NCBI GenBank assembly: GCA_964454905.1
Contig: CAYVTR010000002.1
Coordinates: 6,803 to 70,802, forward strand
Length of the DNA stretch: 64,000 nucleotides
Reading direction: 5' to 3'
Source: an uncultured Woeseia sp.
GTDB taxonomy: Bacteria > Pseudomonadota > Gammaproteobacteria > Steroidobacterales > UBA11654
Shown: in pieces, positions 18,222 through 26,797 of the stretch
Layout: each line of letters opens with the position of its first letter
How positions within the stretch are numbered: the stretch's first letter is position 1
Position numbers and translations under genes: made by a program
Notes under the pieces: model-generated
Database searches by the model: none
Told to the model about the DNA's origin: nothing
What the model saw: only the letters and a program-made list of their open reading frames with translations

Positions 18222-20225
18222 ATGGCTCAGATGAATAAAAAAGAGTACAAAATTGCATTCATGCCATCAGGAAAGAGAGGCTCCTTTCCAGAGGGAACAA
18301 CTATTCTAGATGCCTCTAGAGCACTTGGTGTTGATTTAGATTCTGTTTGTGGGGGCAGAGCAATTTGTGGGCGTTGCCAGATAGAATTAACCGAAGGTAA
18401 ATTTGCAAAACATGGTATTGAATCCAAAGCAGATCATTTATCTGGGGTAACAAAGGCAGAAAAAAAATACGAAAAAAGAAAATCATTGGATAAAAAGCGA
18501 AGATTAGGCTGTCAATCAAAACTTCTTGGAAACGTGGTCATTGATATTCCTCCGGAAAGTCAGCTGCATCAACAAATAGTTCGTAAAGATTTTGAAGCCA
18601 CTGATATTTTCATCAATCCAATAACAAGACTCTACTATATTGACTCCAAAATCAATGCAGCCACAAATCTTGAAGAAGCAGTAAAAGAAAGACTGAGAAA
18701 TGACTGGTCTTTGAACATAGAGTCTATAAATTGTGCCTCAAAAACTCTTAGTGATGCCATCAAAGATTCTTCCCAGGGGTTTACGGTTGCGGTTAGAGAT
18801 CAGAAAAATTTGGTAGGGGTTTGGCCAGGGTTAATTGAAACCATTTACGGTACTGCAATTGACATTGGATCAACCACAATAGCAGTGAATTTATGTGACT
18901 TAAAAAATGGAAAAGTGCTCTCCAGTCAAGGATCGATGAATCCTCAGATAAGGTTCGGGGAAGATCTCATGAGCAGAGTTTCTTATTGCATGCAGAATCC
19001 TGGGTCTCAAACTGAACTGACAAAGGTGGTGCGTGAAGCGGTTAATGACCTTATAGCAAAAGCTTGTTCTGAGGCAAATATTGAAACTAGTTTGGTGATG
19101 GAGACTACAGTTGTTGGCAATCCAGTAATGCATCATCTGTTTCTTGGGTTTGATCCGGTCCCACTAGGTGTCGCACCTTTTAAGCTTGAAACTAGTGACG
19201 CGCTGACTCTTAAGGCTTCTGATTATGGGATGGATATTCATCCCCAAGCTGAAATTTATGTTCTGCCATGCCTAGCAGGGCATGTTGGAGCAGATGCTGC
19301 TGCTGTGATTCTCACCGAAAAACCCTATGATCAAAAGACAATGAATCTCATTGTGGATGTGGGAACCAATGCAGAAATAATTGTTGGCAATCAGGATCAA
19401 ATTTTAGCTGCCTCAAGTCCGACTGGCCCAGCTTTTGAGGGAGCTCAAATTAATTCGGGACAACGAGCCGCTCCGGGTGCAATAGAGAGAGTTAGAATTG
19501 ATCCATTAACCCTAGAAGCCCGTTTCAAAGTGATAGGTTCAGATTTATGGTCTGATGATCCTGATTTTAGTGAAAACATTGAATCAATTGGTATAACAGG
19601 GATCTGTGGATCTGGGATTATTGAAGCTGTGGCCGAAATGTACTTGTCCGGAATTATTTCTTCAGATGGATTAATGAATGAAGAAATGGCCAAAGAGAAT
19701 CAATATCTTTTTAAAAATGGCAGAACTTATTCCTACGTGCTCTATGAGGGTGAGCAGAAAATAATCGTTACACAAAATGATATCCGAGCAATACAACTAG
19801 CTAAAGCAGCATTGTATGCTGGTGCAAAATTGTTAATGGATAAATTAGCAATCAAGAAAATAGACAAAATCAGATTTGCTGGTGCTTTTGGAAGCCATAT
19901 TGATGTGAAATATGCGATGGTTTTAGGTCTTATACCTGATTGTGACCTAGATGAAGTAAGTTCAGCAGGGAATGCAGCGAGCACAGGTGCAAGAATGGCA
20001 CTTCTGGATACAAAAAGTAGAAATGAAATAGAAAAACAGGTGAAAAAGATAGAAAAAATAGAAACTGCCATAGAACCTCTATTTCAAGAATATTTTGTTG
20101 GCGCTATGTCGGTACCTCATAACACTGATCCTTTTAATGAGTTGAGTAAAATCATAAAATTGCCTGAAAAGAAAAAAGCAAAGACCAATAGAAAGAGAAG
20201 AAAAAAAAGAACATCTGATCTATAA
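18222..20225 (+). CDS. RACo-type reductive activator of corrinoid proteins (2Fe-2S ferredoxin domain + ASKHA ATPase, DUF4445/COG3894)
   Basis: The N-terminus has plant-type ferredoxin cysteines (CGGRAICGRCQIEL). ASKHA motifs are IDIGSTTIAV, VDVGTNAEI and GICGSGIIEA. I chose the ATG at 18222 to avoid overlapping the upstream gene. The C-terminus is polybasic: KKKAKTNRKRRKKRTSDL. Confidence 0.8.
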   Translation: MAQMNKKEYKIAFMPSGKRGSFPEGTTILDASRALGVDLDSVCGGRAICGRCQIELTEGKFAKHGIESKADHLSGVTKAEKKYEKRKSLDKKRRLGCQSKLLGNVVIDIPPESQLHQQIVRKDFEATDIFINPITRLYYIDSKINAATNLEEAVKERLRNDWSLNIESINCASKTLSDAIKDSSQGFTVAVRDQKNLVGVWPGLIETIYGTAIDIGSTTIAVNLCDLKNGKVLSSQGSMNPQIRFGEDLMSRVSYCMQNPGSQTELTKVVREAVNDLIAKACSEANIETSLVMETTVVGNPVMHHLFLGFDPVPLGVAPFKLETSDALTLKASDYGMDIHPQAEIYVLPCLAGHVGADAAAVILTEKPYDQKTMNLIVDVGTNAEIIVGNQDQILAASSPTGPAFEGAQINSGQRAAPGAIERVRIDPLTLEARFKVIGSDLWSDDPDFSENIESIGITGICGSGIIEAVAEMYLSGIISSDGLMNEEMAKENQYLFKNGRTYSYVLYEGEQKIIVTQNDIRAIQLAKAALYAGAKLLMDKLAIKKIDKIRFAGAFGSHIDVKYAMVLGLIPDCDLDEVSSAGNAASTGARMALLDTKSRNEIEKQVKKIEKIETAIEPLFQEYFVGAMSVPHNTDPFNELSKIIKLPEKKKAKTNRKRRKKRTSDL

Positions 20226-20305
20226 ATTACCTTGAATAAAATCTCTGCAGAATAAATAATTTTGTGATAAATTTCTGCCATCACTACCCTAAACTTTCTT
20301 CTATT

Positions 20306-21511
20306 ATGGAAAAACTAGAACAACTAATTAATAACCAGGTCAAAGACTGGTCTCTAGATCAAGAATTTTATAAAGACAAAGAAATTTATGATCTAGAGAT
20401 TGAGAAAATCTACATGAATTCTTGGCTATTGGCTGGACATGAATCTCAAATTCCAAACACAGGTGATTATTTTCTTTTCAATCTGTTATCAGAATCAGTA
20501 ATTATCATCAGAGGTAAAGATGGTGTGATCAGGGCCTTTATGAATGTTTGCAGGCACCGTGGCTCTCACATTTGCTTAGAAAGTCAAGGCAATGTGAAAC
20601 GATTGACATGCCCCTATCATGCATGGACTTATAACTTGGAAGGCGCTCTAGTGGCTGCTCAGAATTTGAGCAATAAAATAGATAAAGAAAATCTTAGTCT
20701 GCATAACTGCTCAATAGATGTTATTGAAGGGCTGATACTGATTAATTTTGCAGATAATCCTTCATCACTTGCGATGATGAAACAAGAATTATCAGAACCA
20801 ATGCAAATGTTCGGAATGAAAGATCTGAAAATAGCTGCGCATAGAAATTATTCTATTGAAGCCAACTGGAAACTCACAGTCGAAAATTACAATGAATGCT
20901 ATCATTGTGCTCCAGCTCATCCAGAATATGCAAAATCGCACAGCCTAAAATATGATGAATCGAGTAACGAATATCAATCAGCTCAAAAAGCAATGATGGA
21001 AACACTTGCTGCATGTGGTATGAAAGATTACGAGATTAACGCAGATTATGTCGATCGAATTGCATCACAAGAGCAATATGCCTATGGCCGCTATGCATTG
21101 TATGGTGGATACATTACTGGCAGTGAAGATGGCAAAGCCCTCGCTCCTCTGATAGGTGAAATCACTGAATATAATCCGGGTGCTTCTGACTTCTGTCTTG
21201 GTCCTGTTAGTTTCTTACTGGCCTACAGCGATCACGTGGTTGCCTATGTCTTTACTCCAGTTACTCATCAAACTAGTCAGTGTGACGTTTATTGGATGGT
21301 TGATAAAGACGCCAAAAAAGACAAAGACTATGATCTTGAACGTCTAATCTGGTTATGGGATGTCACCACTAAAGCAGATGAGAGAATCATTGAGAATAAT
21401 CAAAAGGGCGTTAACTCTAGAAAATATACTTCAGGGCCTTTTTCTGAGAAGGAATCAACAGAAAAACGATTTATCAGCTGGTATCTTGATCAGCTAAGAG
21501 AAACTTTATAG
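20306..21511 (+). CDS. Rieske [2Fe-2S] non-heme-iron oxygenase alpha subunit (GbcA/CntA/Stc2-like N-demethylase candidate)
   Basis: The Rieske motif is CRHRGSHIC...CPYHAWTY and the mononuclear iron motif is ENYNECYHCAPAHPEY. I chose the start at MEKLEQL. Confidence 0.8.
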   Translation: MEKLEQLINNQVKDWSLDQEFYKDKEIYDLEIEKIYMNSWLLAGHESQIPNTGDYFLFNLLSESVIIIRGKDGVIRAFMNVCRHRGSHICLESQGNVKRLTCPYHAWTYNLEGALVAAQNLSNKIDKENLSLHNCSIDVIEGLILINFADNPSSLAMMKQELSEPMQMFGMKDLKIAAHRNYSIEANWKLTVENYNECYHCAPAHPEYAKSHSLKYDESSNEYQSAQKAMMETLAACGMKDYEINADYVDRIASQEQYAYGRYALYGGYITGSEDGKALAPLIGEITEYNPGASDFCLGPVSFLLAYSDHVVAYVFTPVTHQTSQCDVYWMVDKDAKKDKDYDLERLIWLWDVTTKADERIIENNQKGVNSRKYTSGPFSEKESTEKRFISWYLDQLRETL

Positions 21512-22333
21512 CCTTTCATCATGCCATCTGAGATGGTCTTCAATAAAGCTGGCAATAAAAAAATAACTATGATCATAACCCTCATGTTCCCTTAACTGAA
21601 TAGGAATGCCTTTCTGTGTGCAAGCATCAGCAAGGAGTTCAGGCTTAAGGTATTGATCAAGAAACTCATCATCCAAGCCTTGATCCACTAAGATATCTGA
21701 ATGCCAACCTCTATCTAATATTAACTCTGTGGAATCATACTGGAACCAATCCAACATTTGCTCACCTAAATAAGCAGCAAATGCATTTTCCCCCCAACCT
21801 ACTTTTGTTGGCGAACAAATGGGTGCAAATGCTGAAACTGATTTAAACAATCTAGGATTTTTGATAGCTATCGTTAACGCGCCATGACCGCCCATAGAAT
21901 GACCGAATATTCCTGTTTTATTTGTATCAATGGGGAAATTACTGCCTATTGTTTCCATGAGGTCCTTAGTGATGTATGAATACATATTAAAATGCTTTTT
22001 CCATGGAGACTCGGTTGCATCTAGATAGAATCCTGCACCTTGTCCTAGAGCATAATTTTCATCGTCGGGAACACCCTCACCTCTTGGACTTGTGTCCGGC
22101 GAGACAATAATCATTTTCAATTCAGAGGCAATGCGTTGAACACCTGATTTAATTCTAAAATTCTCTTCTGTACAAGTTAAACCAGATAACCATATTAAGG
22201 TTTTAAGTTTTTCAGATGGATGCTCTTCTGGAACAAAAACAGAGAAGGTCATGTCGCATTGAGTTGAATCAGAATAATGTGAACAAACTTGGTGATTACC
22301 GTTGAAAATCTTATTGCTTTGAACAATCTCCAT
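21506..22333 (-). CDS. fghA: S-formylglutathione hydrolase (esterase D)
   Basis: MEIVQSNKIFNGNHQVCSHYSDSTQCDMTFSVFVP aligns with the E. coli FrmB N-terminus, and the nucleophile elbow is GHSMGGHGAL. Starting at 22333 removes the overlap with the upstream gene. Confidence 0.85.
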   Translation of the reverse strand: MEIVQSNKIFNGNHQVCSHYSDSTQCDMTFSVFVPEEHPSEKLKTLIWLSGLTCTEENFRIKSGVQRIASELKMIIVSPDTSPRGEGVPDDENYALGQGAGFYLDATESPWKKHFNMYSYITKDLMETIGSNFPIDTNKTGIFGHSMGGHGALTIAIKNPRLFKSVSAFAPICSPTKVGWGENAFAAYLGEQMLDWFQYDSTELILDRGWHSDILVDQGLDDEFLDQYLKPELLADACTQKGIPIQLREHEGYDHSYFFIASFIEDHLRWHDERL

Positions 22334-22338
22334 TGGAA

Positions 22339-24216
22339 TTAATTGACTCTTTTCCCAAACAGAAAAATCACTATCCAAACCAAAAGAATACCCACAGGAA
22401 TCATTATCATTGGTGGCCACCCGTATCCTGTTGGAATGGTTCCTATTAACAAGGCAATTGATGCAACTACTATTGCATAAGGAAACTGCGTCGCAACATG
22501 ATCGATATGGTTACATCCAGAAGCCATAGAAGACATGATGGTGGTGTCAGAAATTGGTGAACAATGATCTCCCCAAACTGCTCCACACAAAACACAAGCC
22601 ACTGAGGAATAGATAATATACATGTGTTCAATATCTGCCATTCCATTTAAAAAGAGTACTTGCCATGCCAAAGGAATAACAATGGGGTAAAAAATACCCA
22701 TTGTGCCCCAACTGGTTCCTGTGGCAAAAGCTGTGGCTGCAGCTAAAATAAAAATTATGGTTGGAACTAAAGGCACAGGAAGAAACTCGCCTAAGATGGA
22801 GACAAGGTATTGGGCTGTCTGCAGTATTTCTGTGGTTTGACCTAAAGACCATGCCATGATTAAAACAATAATGGCAAAAATCATAAATTTCACCCCTTCA
22901 TACCAAGACTGAACTGTTTCTTCCAAGCTTAATAAGCCTTGAGATATGGTTAAAACAAAAGCTGTCATCACCCCTATTAATGAACCCCATAAGAGAGCTT
23001 GGTACGCATCCGCTGATCCGATAATATCCTGAATTGAATCACCTTCTCCGGTTGCATATAACCCACTAATGACACTGATAATAAAGATCAAAATTGGAAA
23101 AAAGGCATTAATTGCTCTTGCTCTTGAAGGATCTTTAGGTTTTAGCTGTTTTGATTCTGCCTCATTCGTGTATCCCATTGAAGCTCCTTGAACCGATTTA
23201 TCATTGCCTTGCCTAGCAGCAATCTCGTACTGATACATTGCTGAAAAATCTCTACCTGACCCAGCAATTGTAAAAACAAACGCCAACATAAATATTGGGT
23301 AAAAACTGTACACTATTGAATTCAGATAAATTGAGTAAGCTGACTGATCGATGGCATCAATCTGTCCTACTGAGACATCGATCATTCCTATTTGATAACC
23401 CACCCATGTTGTGATTAAGGCTATGCATGCAACTGGTGCAGCAGTGGCATCAACAAGAAACGCTAACTTTGCTCTAGAGATCTTCAGCTTATCAGTCACT
23501 TTCCTCATGGTATTACCAACAACCAATGTGTTTGCATAATCATCAAAAAAGATAGCCAGACCAAGGGATGAAGTAATTAACTGGCCTCTTTTAGCTGAAG
23601 TGGTAAAACCTGTCAGAGAATTGACAATGCCTTGCATGCCACCATTTTTTGAAATAATTCCCACTAATCCACCAATCATAAGACTAAAAATTATTACTGC
23701 AGCATGGTCAGGATCAGCTAAAGCTTGTTTGACATACTTTGAAACAACCTCCAAGAAACTTTGCCATAAAACACCTAACTCAAGTCCTAAGATTGCAAAA
23801 GAGCCGACCCACACTCCTAAAAAAAGAGCAGGAATCACACTTCTAAAAAAAAGTGCAACCAAAATTGAAACCAAAGGAGGCAATATTGATAGCCAACCCC
23901 ACAGAACATTAATCTTTTCTGAAGCTATTCTTTTTTGGTCTAAGAGTAATTCTAAATTGTTATCGGATGTTCCTTCTATTAGAAGATATTCAAAATTCAG
24001 TTCATTACTATTACATACTGTGGGTTCAAAAAAGAAATCATTAATTTTTAATTGATGTCCACATGCTTGCTGCTGATCAAAGCCACTAACAGAGACTTCA
24101 AAAGGCACGCTTGTAAGAACGACCTCAGGAACTTCAATTGTTGGCGCACTTTCAACCTGAGTTACAAAAAAACTACTTAGACAGAAGATTAAAGTGGCTA
24201 TTTTTTTTATATTCAT
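22339..24216 (-). CDS. NhaC-family Na+/H+ antiporter-like transporter with a signal peptide and a ~100-aa N-terminal extracytoplasmic extension
   Basis: It is a polytopic membrane protein of 625 aa whose NhaC-like core is my recollection of the family. A signal-like N-terminus (MNIKKIATLIFCLSSFFVTQVESA) is followed by a soluble segment before the first TM. Confidence 0.6.
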   Translation of the reverse strand: MNIKKIATLIFCLSSFFVTQVESAPTIEVPEVVLTSVPFEVSVSGFDQQQACGHQLKINDFFFEPTVCNSNELNFEYLLIEGTSDNNLELLLDQKRIASEKINVLWGWLSILPPLVSILVALFFRSVIPALFLGVWVGSFAILGLELGVLWQSFLEVVSKYVKQALADPDHAAVIIFSLMIGGLVGIISKNGGMQGIVNSLTGFTTSAKRGQLITSSLGLAIFFDDYANTLVVGNTMRKVTDKLKISRAKLAFLVDATAAPVACIALITTWVGYQIGMIDVSVGQIDAIDQSAYSIYLNSIVYSFYPIFMLAFVFTIAGSGRDFSAMYQYEIAARQGNDKSVQGASMGYTNEAESKQLKPKDPSRARAINAFFPILIFIISVISGLYATGEGDSIQDIIGSADAYQALLWGSLIGVMTAFVLTISQGLLSLEETVQSWYEGVKFMIFAIIVLIMAWSLGQTTEILQTAQYLVSILGEFLPVPLVPTIIFILAAATAFATGTSWGTMGIFYPIVIPLAWQVLFLNGMADIEHMYIIYSSVACVLCGAVWGDHCSPISDTTIMSSMASGCNHIDHVATQFPYAIVVASIALLIGTIPTGYGWPPMIMIPVGILLVWIVIFLFGKRVN

Positions 24217-24219
24217 ACA

Positions 24220-25521
24220 CTAGTTATATTTATATAACTTGCCTCCCTTGATCACTACATTGATATTTTCTAAAGCCTGAATATTTAGCAATGGATTATC
24301 TCTTACTGCCACTAAATCTGCAAAAAATCCTTCCTTTATTTGTCCAACCTGTTTGTTCATGCCAATTACTTCTGCGGCATGGAGTGTCGCGGATTGTATG
24401 GCTTCTATATTATTCATGCCGTACTTAACCATATATTTAAATTGCTTAGCATTATCTCCGTGTGGATAAACCCCAGCATCTGTACCGTAGACTATGATTA
24501 CTCCAGATTCATGAGCTTTAGTAAAATTTTTTCTTTGCAGACCTGTGGTTTCTCTATTTTTCCTCAAAAATTCTTCTGGCCAATTTTCAGCTACTCCCAC
24601 GGTATTAATATAATCTCCATTATAAATATCCATGGATAAAGCAACACCCTTTGTTTTTGCTAGATTTATACCTTCATTATCAATAAGAGATGCATGTTCG
24701 ATGCTGTCAACACCAGCCAATATTGCCTGTTTAATTGATAAAGCTCCATGAGCATGTGCTATTACCTTTATATTTGCTTTCTTAGCTTGATCGACAACAG
24801 CAACAATTTCCTCTGGATTCATTTCTGGGCTACCTGGAAGGCTGTCATAAGCTAGAACTGCTCCTGAAGCGATGATTTTGATTTGATCAGCACCCCCATC
24901 GATGGCTTGTTGGGCTCTTGCTCTAAAATTATCAGTGCCTTTTGTGACACCTCTTTGGATTTGATCAGGGATATCTCCCTGATACCCAGGGACAGCAACA
25001 TCACCACCACCTCCAGGGATGGTCAAATAATAACCGGAAACTCTCATTCTAGGACCCGTTGTTCTTCCAGTATTAATTTCATCTCTGAGTTTTTTATCCG
25101 TCCAAGCAACATAAACACCTAGATCTCTGACCGTGGTAAAACCAGCGAGCAATGTTTTATTTGCATTGACCCTGCCTATCATTAATTGCTCTTCTTGAGA
25201 TCTGTCATAAAACTCAATCAGATCCCCTACTAAGTTCTCTGAGATATGGGTATGCATATCGATTAATCCAGGTAAACAATAATGCTTTGATAAATTCAAC
25301 ATATCTTTATTTTGATCTCGATTTACTTTGGCCTCAGGAATAATTTGGATAATTTTTTCAGAACTAGGATCCATATGAATCAGAGCACTTTCGATCCATT
25401 GTCCAGTTTTTGTATCGAGTAATTTTCCACAGTAAACCTGAGTAAGATCTGTGGCTTTTATAAACGATGAAAAAGACATAAGACAGATAAACAAGATCTT
25501 TTGAGCCTTATAATATTTCAT
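24220..25521 (-). CDS. exported metal-dependent amidohydrolase
   Basis: It has a signal peptide, the LPGLIDMHTHI metal-binding motif and later HAHG / IEH blocks. Confidence 0.75.
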   Translation of the reverse strand: MKYYKAQKILFICLMSFSSFIKATDLTQVYCGKLLDTKTGQWIESALIHMDPSSEKIIQIIPEAKVNRDQNKDMLNLSKHYCLPGLIDMHTHISENLVGDLIEFYDRSQEEQLMIGRVNANKTLLAGFTTVRDLGVYVAWTDKKLRDEINTGRTTGPRMRVSGYYLTIPGGGGDVAVPGYQGDIPDQIQRGVTKGTDNFRARAQQAIDGGADQIKIIASGAVLAYDSLPGSPEMNPEEIVAVVDQAKKANIKVIAHAHGALSIKQAILAGVDSIEHASLIDNEGINLAKTKGVALSMDIYNGDYINTVGVAENWPEEFLRKNRETTGLQRKNFTKAHESGVIIVYGTDAGVYPHGDNAKQFKYMVKYGMNNIEAIQSATLHAAEVIGMNKQVGQIKEGFFADLVAVRDNPLLNIQALENINVVIKGGKLYKYN

Positions 25522-25587
25522 TAGCGCCTCATATCATTGAATCAATTATTTGTTATTCAGAAGATACATATAGATTACAATATCTAG

Positions 25588-26535
25588 ATGCAATCATTAC
25601 CAACTATCATAGCAACTTCTGTAGTAAGAGGAAGCCAACAGGGCGAAAGTCACGGTGGCATCTATCTTGCTGATTTTGAAAATCAGGTTGCCAATATTAT
25701 GGTTGATTGGGATGATTCTGGAATTGATTTTACTGGACGTGGTTGGGATCGAGGTTTGCGTGGTATTGAATTCAGTGGGGATGAAATTTTTGTAGCGGCC
25801 AGCGATGAACTCTTTGTTTATGATCAAGAATTTAATATTAAGCGTTCTTATAAAAATGATTTTTTAAGGCATGCCCATGAAATTAATAAATTTGAAAATC
25901 TTTTATTTGTTACCTCGACGGGCTATGACAGCTTATTGGTCTTTGATCTTAATCGCGATGAATTTACAAGAGGGATTCATTTAAGAAAAGGCATTAATGG
26001 ATGGAAATCTCAGCTCTTTGATCCTTTGTCTAACGATGGTCCTGAGATGGCAAACAATCTTCATCTAAATAATGTTCGATGTTCTAAAAAAGGTTTATTT
26101 GTAAGCGGTCTCAGAACTGATGCACTTATCTACATGGACAGCGATCTTAATGCCAAAGAATATTGCTCTCTGCCTAAAGGCACGCACAACGCAAGACCCT
26201 TCAAACAAGGAGTTCTTTTTAATGACACAAACAGTGATAGTGTCAGAGCTGTGGGTCGAGATGGAGAAGAAACCAATTTTCAAATTCCTACTTATGATGA
26301 AGCTGAGCTAACACACACAAATTTAGATGATAGTCGTATTGCCCGCCAAGGTTTTGCAAGGGGCTTATGCCTAGTTGATCAAGAGCTAATCGCAGTAGGC
26401 TCTTCGCCGTCCACCATCAGCTTATTTCACTTGGAGGAAAAAAAGAGAATTGCGAGTGTAAATTTAAGCATGGACATCAGAAATGCAATACATGGATTAG
26501 AGGTATGGCCTTATGAAAGGTTATTGGATCGTTAG
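25588..26535 (+). CDS. hypothetical protein, possibly a beta-propeller fold
   Basis: This is a long ORF with repetitive beta-strand-like segments. I recognise no motif with confidence. Confidence 0.5.
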   Translation: MQSLPTIIATSVVRGSQQGESHGGIYLADFENQVANIMVDWDDSGIDFTGRGWDRGLRGIEFSGDEIFVAASDELFVYDQEFNIKRSYKNDFLRHAHEINKFENLLFVTSTGYDSLLVFDLNRDEFTRGIHLRKGINGWKSQLFDPLSNDGPEMANNLHLNNVRCSKKGLFVSGLRTDALIYMDSDLNAKEYCSLPKGTHNARPFKQGVLFNDTNSDSVRAVGRDGEETNFQIPTYDEAELTHTNLDDSRIARQGFARGLCLVDQELIAVGSSPSTISLFHLEEKKRIASVNLSMDIRNAIHGLEVWPYERLLDR

Positions 26536-26797
26536 ATGCGAATATCATAATCAGGAAGCTTTTGAGCTATATGCGAAAGCAGCGACCTCGATTGTTACAA
26601 AGCATGGTGGTAAATTCTTAGTCCGTGGCGGAAATCACATCAAAAAGGAGAATGCAAAACTTGAAAGGACTGTTTTGGTGGAATTTCCTAGTTATGAAAT
26701 TGCACAATCGGTATATGATGGAGATGAATATCAGAATGCTATTAAGCATATCAAGAATTGCTCATTGAGAGATTTTGTTATTTCGGAGGGCTCATGA
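26513..26797 (+). CDS. DUF1330 domain protein
   Basis: MKGYWIVRCEYHNQEAFELY...VLVEFPSYEIAQSVYDGDEYQ fits DUF1330 (dimeric alpha-beta barrel). It overlaps the upstream ORF by 23 nt. Confidence 0.65.
   Translation: MKGYWIVRCEYHNQEAFELYAKAATSIVTKHGGKFLVRGGNHIKKENAKLERTVLVEFPSYEIAQSVYDGDEYQNAIKHIKNCSLRDFVISEGS

Noticed and set aside
22334-22420. A 29-codon N-terminal extension of the fghA ORF, overlapping the NhaC-family gene.
   Set aside because: Alignment to the FrmB/FghA N-terminus begins at MEIVQS (22333), and the extension would overlap the upstream CDS by 82 nt.
23600-24055. A 151-aa plus-strand ORF opposite the NhaC-family gene.
   Set aside because: It is nested antisense to a polytopic membrane protein ORF, and its composition is the mirror image of the hydrophobic codons.
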